NCBI GenBank assembly: GCA_036677065.1
Contig: JAKFBS010000001.1
Span: 512,001 to 576,000 of the forward strand
Source of the DNA: Bdellovibrio sp.
GTDB lineage: Bacteria; Bdellovibrionota; Bdellovibrionia; Bdellovibrionales; Bdellovibrionaceae
Length of the DNA stretch: 64,000 bases
Direction of reading: 5' to 3'
The notes below the pieces were generated by a model, which saw only the letters and a list, made by a program, of their open reading frames with translations, did not search any database and had not been told where the DNA came from. Position 1 is the first letter of the stretch. Every line of letters starts with the position of its first letter. This document shows positions 59,742 through 64,000 of the stretch, piece by piece. Position numbers and translations under genes: made by a program.

Positions 59742-60614
59742 ATGAAAACCCTGACAGCCTTAGTTTTATTAATCTCTGCAACCATCGCTACCAAAGCCAT
59801 GGCTTACGATCAGGCAAAGGCTATCAAAAATTGCGAAATTATCTATAAAACTTATAATGCCTGCGGCAAAGAAATCTCTGTTAAAGGCGAATCTTTTTAC
59901 TTTCCAAAAACTAATGCTTACGTTCGTTGTACCGATGGCCAAGACCTAACTTTTTATCCACGCATGAACAACATGGATATCGCTTCGATTTTGATGGTGC
60001 CGTATCAAACGGGTGAAATTTCATTACCTGAAAAAAGACAAAATAATGATCCTGGCCGTTTACGGTCAGAAGATTTATTAAAAACAGTTTTTGGTGATAG
60101 CGAAGACGCAGTTAGAAATAATTTAGTTCCAATTACTTTCTTAGGCCATAAAATGAAGTTTCAAAAAAAGCTGGGCGCAGCTAAGGCGTTACAAAAAGTT
60201 TCTGATGAAATCGAATTAGCGATGCAATCTGATTCTACAATCAGTGAATTCTTAAAAGATTTCTTATCTAAAAAAGTAAAACCTGGAACTTTCAATTGGC
60301 GTTTAATCGCCGGTACAAACCGTTTATCAACACATTCATTCGGTGTATCGATTGATCTGGTTGTTCCGCAAATCAAAGCCCAGTACTGGTTATGGGATGA
60401 AAAAGCGCGTAATCCTGAATTAGCTAAACAGGGTGAAGTAGCTTATGAAAACATTCATTATATTTCACACAAGACTCCGGTGTTTCACCCAACAGTCGTT
60501 GCGATCTTTGAACGCAACGGATTTATTTGGGGCGGAAAATGGAATCACTACGATACGATGCACTTTGAATATCGCCCAGAGTATTACCCCAATTATAAAA
60601 TTAACTGTCAGTAA
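59742..60614 (+). CDS. Secreted M15 family metallopeptidase (peptidoglycan peptidase)
   Basis: Signal peptide; DPGR; WRLIAGTNRLSTHSFGVSID; GFIWGGKWNHYDTMHFEYRPE. Confidence 0.85.
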   Translation: MKTLTALVLLISATIATKAMAYDQAKAIKNCEIIYKTYNACGKEISVKGESFYFPKTNAYVRCTDGQDLTFYPRMNNMDIASILMVPYQTGEISLPEKRQNNDPGRLRSEDLLKTVFGDSEDAVRNNLVPITFLGHKMKFQKKLGAAKALQKVSDEIELAMQSDSTISEFLKDFLSKKVKPGTFNWRLIAGTNRLSTHSFGVSIDLVVPQIKAQYWLWDEKARNPELAKQGEVAYENIHYISHKTPVFHPTVVAIFERNGFIWGGKWNHYDTMHFEYRPEYYPNYKINCQ

Positions 60615-61334
60615 CTACTTAACAGTACCCTTGTAGATGTAAGCAATGCCGAAGCTAACTGAGGTGTAAGACATTTCAGAGAAGCTGCCAGATTTTATCA
60701 TTAAATCAATGAACTGCTCTTTACATGGAAATGCCGCTGATGATTTTTGTAAGTACTCATAAGCATCAGCCTGGCCTGTGACTAAGCCGCCGATTTTAGG
60801 TAATACTTTTTCTGAATAGAAATTATATAAGCCAGAAACAATTGGAAAATCCATTTGTCCGAATTCAAGAACCATAACCTGGCCACCAGGTTTAACCACG
60901 CGGGCTAACTCTTGTAAGGCTTTTACAGGATCATTAACGTTACGAATGCCGAATGAAATTGAAGAGACATCAAATTTTTTATCTTCGAATTGCAATTTTG
61001 TGACATCGGCTAATTCAAAATGAATATCAAGATTTTGGGCTTTAGCTTTTGCCGGAGCTGGATCTAACATTTCTTTGCAGAAATCAGTTCCAACAACTTC
61101 ACCAGTTGAGCCAACTGTTTTTTTAAATTCAATCGCTAGATCACCTGTGCCAGTGGCGCAGTCTAAAACTTTCATTCCCGGTTTAGCGCCACTTAAAGCA
61201 ACTAATTTTTTTCTCCATAAGTGGTGGATGCCTACTGATAAAACTGAATTCGCTTTATCGTATTTAGCGGCCACTTTGGAAAACATTGAGCGGATTTTTT
61301 CTGGGTCGGGAGATTGACGAGTTTGGTTTTGCAT
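60615..61334 (-). CDS. ubiE: Demethylmenaquinone methyltransferase UbiE/MenG
   Basis: MF..VA.KYD.AN..LS.G.H.LWR, VLDCATGTGD, SFGIRNV, RVVKPGG and AY.YL..S...FP. Confidence 0.93.
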   Translation of the reverse strand: MQNQTRQSPDPEKIRSMFSKVAAKYDKANSVLSVGIHHLWRKKLVALSGAKPGMKVLDCATGTGDLAIEFKKTVGSTGEVVGTDFCKEMLDPAPAKAKAQNLDIHFELADVTKLQFEDKKFDVSSISFGIRNVNDPVKALQELARVVKPGGQVMVLEFGQMDFPIVSGLYNFYSEKVLPKIGGLVTGQADAYEYLQKSSAAFPCKEQFIDLMIKSGSFSEMSYTSVSFGIAYIYKGTVK

Positions 61335-61340
61335 AAAGTT

Positions 61341-62123
61341 CTAAGCCCTTTGTAAACGACGATCAAACGCCGCAAGTACGCGCTCTAATTGCTTCATCGT
61401 TGTATCAAAAGTCTCAAGCGTTAGAGCTTGAGGACCATCGGATAAAGCTTCTTTAGGATTTGGATGAGATTCAATAATTAAACCATCAGCGCCTGCTGCC
61501 GCAGAAGCGTAGCAAAGCTGTGGAATCATATCGGCGATGCCAACAGCGTGTGAAGGATCAACGATAACAGGTAATTGTGTATGTTTTTTTGCATACACAA
61601 CAGCGTTAAGATCTAACGTATTACGAGTTGCTGTTTCAAAAGTACGAATGCCGCGTTCGCATAAAATAACGTTTTCATTGCCACCAGAAATTACGTAATC
61701 CGCGGCTTTGATCCATTCGTCGATAAAGGCCGAAAAACCACGTTTTAATAAAACTGGTTTTGGTTGGCGGCCTAATTCTTTTAATAATGAATAGTTGTGC
61801 ATATTGCGCGCGCCAACTTGGTAACCGTCAACAAGATGGGCGATCTCTTCGATTTGACGAATATCAGTAACTTCAGAAACTAAGCCAAGGCCTGTAGCAG
61901 CTTTTACTTTTTTAATAATATCAAAAGCTTCAGTGCCTAAACCCTGAAAAGCTTTTGCCGAGGTACGCATTTTCCAGATACCGCCACGTAACATGCAGGC
62001 GCCAGAATTTTTAACAGCAAGAGCGGTCTTCATGAATTGTTGTTCTGACTCAATAGAACATGGGCCTGCGATTACAGTAAATTGCGGACCACCGATTTGA
62101 ATATTACCAACTTGTACGACCAT
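61341..62123 (-). CDS. aroF: DAHP synthase type I-beta (no regulatory domain)
   Basis: IAGPCSIES, RGG.WKMRTS..FQGLG, QVGARNM, LLKRG, LCERGIRTFE, DPSH and DGPQ. Confidence 0.88.
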   Translation of the reverse strand: MVVQVGNIQIGGPQFTVIAGPCSIESEQQFMKTALAVKNSGACMLRGGIWKMRTSAKAFQGLGTEAFDIIKKVKAATGLGLVSEVTDIRQIEEIAHLVDGYQVGARNMHNYSLLKELGRQPKPVLLKRGFSAFIDEWIKAADYVISGGNENVILCERGIRTFETATRNTLDLNAVVYAKKHTQLPVIVDPSHAVGIADMIPQLCYASAAAGADGLIIESHPNPKEALSDGPQALTLETFDTTMKQLERVLAAFDRRLQRA

Positions 62124-62156
62124 GAATGCCTTTGCTATGCTAATGCCAGTGTGGAT

Positions 62157-63242
62157 ATGGACCTTAACATAAACGATTTAACTAGTTCAAACTTTTTAAC
62201 TGCTGGAGGCCTACTTCAGACAGGCTTAGATCAATTTATATTGCTTCTGGGAGCGAGAAAGCCTGTTTTTGATGCTAGGGCAGGCGATTCCCATCAGCTT
62301 TTCGTTTACAACCCACAATTTTGGGATTTTTTACAGGCGGACTCACAGCCAAATAAGGGTCTTTTTCGCGTTGAAAAAACTCTCAAAATCACTCGCGAAG
62401 AGCTTAAAAATTACTTAGAAAAATTTGTTTTAGCAAAAGCATCGGCCTTGGCGTTAGTTGATAATCATCAAAGTGATTTTGAAACGCAATTTGCGTGGTC
62501 ACAAAAAAAATTCCGAGAAAAATTATTACAGAAAACTGTTCCGGCTACTAAATTTGAATTTTCAATTAAAGAAAAATTTAATTTTGCTTACCATTTGTTT
62601 TTATCGTTACAAAAAAATCGTCCGGGATTTATTTATGGTTTGTGGGATGAAGCGGGTGGATTTTTAGGTTTAACTCCTGAAACATTAGCTGCTTGGGATG
62701 GGAAAAAACTTTCAACGATGGCTCTTGCCGGAACTTGGAGTAACGATCAGTCTTTTGATCATGTCTCTGATGTGGATATGAAAACGCGAGAAGAGCATGA
62801 GTTTGTTATTAATGATATTCGTGAGCGCTTAGGTCAAATCTCGGTCGGAAACACTGAAATTCTGACGCTTCCAACCTTAAGCCATTTAAAAACTGAAATT
62901 GCGCAAGAGTGTTTATCGCAAGCTGAATTTATTTCTTCAGTTGAAAAATTGCATCCAACTGCTGCGTTAGGAATTTATCCGCGTAAACCCGAATTAGCCC
63001 ACGAATTCTCAAAGTTTAACGTGCAACAGCAGCGCGGATTTTTTGGAGCACCCTTTGGCGTGATTGGTAAAAATTTTGCTCATGTGGTGGTAGGCATTCG
63101 TGGTCTTATCTGGACTGCAAATCGAGTAAATTTACATGTGGGTTGCGGCGTAACTGCGCAAAGTGATCAATCTAGCGAATGGCAAGAGCTACAGACGAAA
63201 AAGAAGGCTATATGCGAAGCTTTTTCGTTGCAGATTTTATAA
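62157..63242 (+). CDS. menF: Isochorismate synthase (chorismate-binding enzyme)
   Basis: FLGLTPE, MALAGT, K...EHEFV, HLKT, LHPTAALG, RGFFGAPFG and GCGVTAQS....EW.E; directly upstream of menD. Confidence 0.82.
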   Translation: MDLNINDLTSSNFLTAGGLLQTGLDQFILLLGARKPVFDARAGDSHQLFVYNPQFWDFLQADSQPNKGLFRVEKTLKITREELKNYLEKFVLAKASALALVDNHQSDFETQFAWSQKKFREKLLQKTVPATKFEFSIKEKFNFAYHLFLSLQKNRPGFIYGLWDEAGGFLGLTPETLAAWDGKKLSTMALAGTWSNDQSFDHVSDVDMKTREEHEFVINDIRERLGQISVGNTEILTLPTLSHLKTEIAQECLSQAEFISSVEKLHPTAALGIYPRKPELAHEFSKFNVQQQRGFFGAPFGVIGKNFAHVVVGIRGLIWTANRVNLHVGCGVTAQSDQSSEWQELQTKKKAICEAFSLQIL

Positions 63243-63265
63243 AATCAAGTTGAATAGAATTGTCT

Positions 63266-64000
63266 ATGACAAATGCCGAATTGGTTTCTCATTTTTATCA
63301 GATTTTAATTAATCTCGAGGTCTCAGAGGTTATCGTTTGTGCTGGTGCTCGCAACGCTCCTTTAGTCGTTGGGCTTGAAAGCCGTTCATTTAAAGTAAAA
63401 TCATTTTTTGAAGAACGTTCTGCGGGGTTTTACGCTTTAGGTAAAATCAAAGCCAGCGGTAAACCTGTAGCGATTATGACAACCTCTGGAACTGCGGTGG
63501 CTGAATTATTACCAGCCGTGGTTGAAGCTTACTATCAAGGTTTGCCATTAATTGTTGTCAGTGCCGATCGTCCGAAAAATTATCGCGGTTCAGGGGCTCC
63601 GCAAGCTATTGATCAAGCGGGTATTTTTAATTCCTATGTGCACAAATGTTATGATTGGGACGTCAATCAAACAGATTTAAAAATAGAATTCGCTGCTAAA
63701 AAACCATTACATTTTAACTTATGTTTTGATGAGCCTTTAATTGATGGCGATTTTTCTATTATGACAAATAAATTTGTCGAAGTGAATAAGATCGAATCTT
63801 TTAAAGCAAAAGACTTTGACGCTAAATACGGCGAAGAAGCGAAATTATTTAAAAATCCATTGGTGATTTTAAGCCAACTTTCACTTGTTGAAAAAGAACA
63901 AGTGAAAGAGATTTTACAAAAGTATCAGATTTATCACTATGCCGAATCTCTTTCTGGACTGCTTGGTGATCCGGCATTAGCTTCGCTACAATTAAATAAC
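63266..64000 (+). CDS. menD: SEPHCHC synthase MenD, 3'-truncated by the window edge (not in the ORF track)
   Basis: Manual translation from ATG 63266 gives ...VIVCAGARNAPL...EERSAGFYALG...TTSGTAVAELLPAVVEAYYQGLPLIVVSADRP...GAPQAIDQ; the frame is open to the end. Confidence 0.92.
   Translation, partial: MTNAELVSHFYQILINLEVSEVIVCAGARNAPLVVGLESRSFKVKSFFEERSAGFYALGKIKASGKPVAIMTTSGTAVAELLPAVVEAYYQGLPLIVVSADRPKNYRGSGAPQAIDQAGIFNSYVHKCYDWDVNQTDLKIEFAAKKPLHFNLCFDEPLIDGDFSIMTNKFVEVNKIESFKAKDFDAKYGEEAKLFKNPLVILSQLSLVEKEQVKEILQKYQIYHYAESLSGLLGDPALASLQLNN

Noticed and set aside
62082..62156. Longer menF start overlapping aroF (and similar extended starts for dppA, coxB, coxC and the porin)
   Set aside because: These extensions overlap neighbouring genes or lie upstream of better-supported starts with an RBS or signal peptide.
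1..64000. CRISPR arrays, IS elements, integrases, rRNA/tRNA genes, anti-phage defence systems
   Set aside because: No regularly spaced repeats or transposase, recombinase or nuclease motifs were seen, and intergenic gaps are short. This was checked by eye only.

Overview
This AT-rich, densely packed 64 kb chromosomal segment most likely comes from a predatory Bdellovibrionota bacterium (Bdellovibrio/Pseudobdellovibrio-like). That inference rests on an S74-tailed fibre adhesin, a TIGR02147-type regulator, a 'YQNC' lipoprotein, a TTAC-N3-GTAA LexA box and several sigma28-like promoters. In order, the window holds: a 5'-truncated alpha-2-macroglobulin with pbpC; AI-2E and EamA transporters; a GcvH-like protein lacking the lipoyl lysine; a GGCT-like/winged-helix fusion, trmL and a PHB-depolymerase-like esterase; a 1870-aa fibre adhesin; secA; a caa3-type (A2) cytochrome c oxidase operon; a LysR/lipoprotein/cytochrome c/trypsin group; maiA, an FAA hydrolase, a 2OG-Fe(II) oxygenase and oxyR; an OsmC protein, a PhnD-like protein, lexA, mpaA and ung; an ABC-F protein; dppABC; a PilZ protein; a secreted-protein cluster; icd; and a complete shikimate pathway joined to menaquinone genes (ubiE/menG, DAHP synthase, menF, 3'-truncated menD). 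I saw no rRNA, tRNA, CRISPR array or mobile element. The best leads are: (1) aroB-aroA-[aroK-aroD-aroE fusion], translationally coupled in the exact domain order of the fungal AROM polyprotein; (2) a divergent pair of apparent pseudo-enzymes (Lys-less hyper-acidic GcvH, Glu-less GGCT-wHTH); (3) an unannotated sigma28-driven structured small RNA at about 43.2-43.3 kb; (4) a 2OG oxygenase fused to a TonB-C-like domain. All family calls come from motif recognition by eye; no database searches were run.
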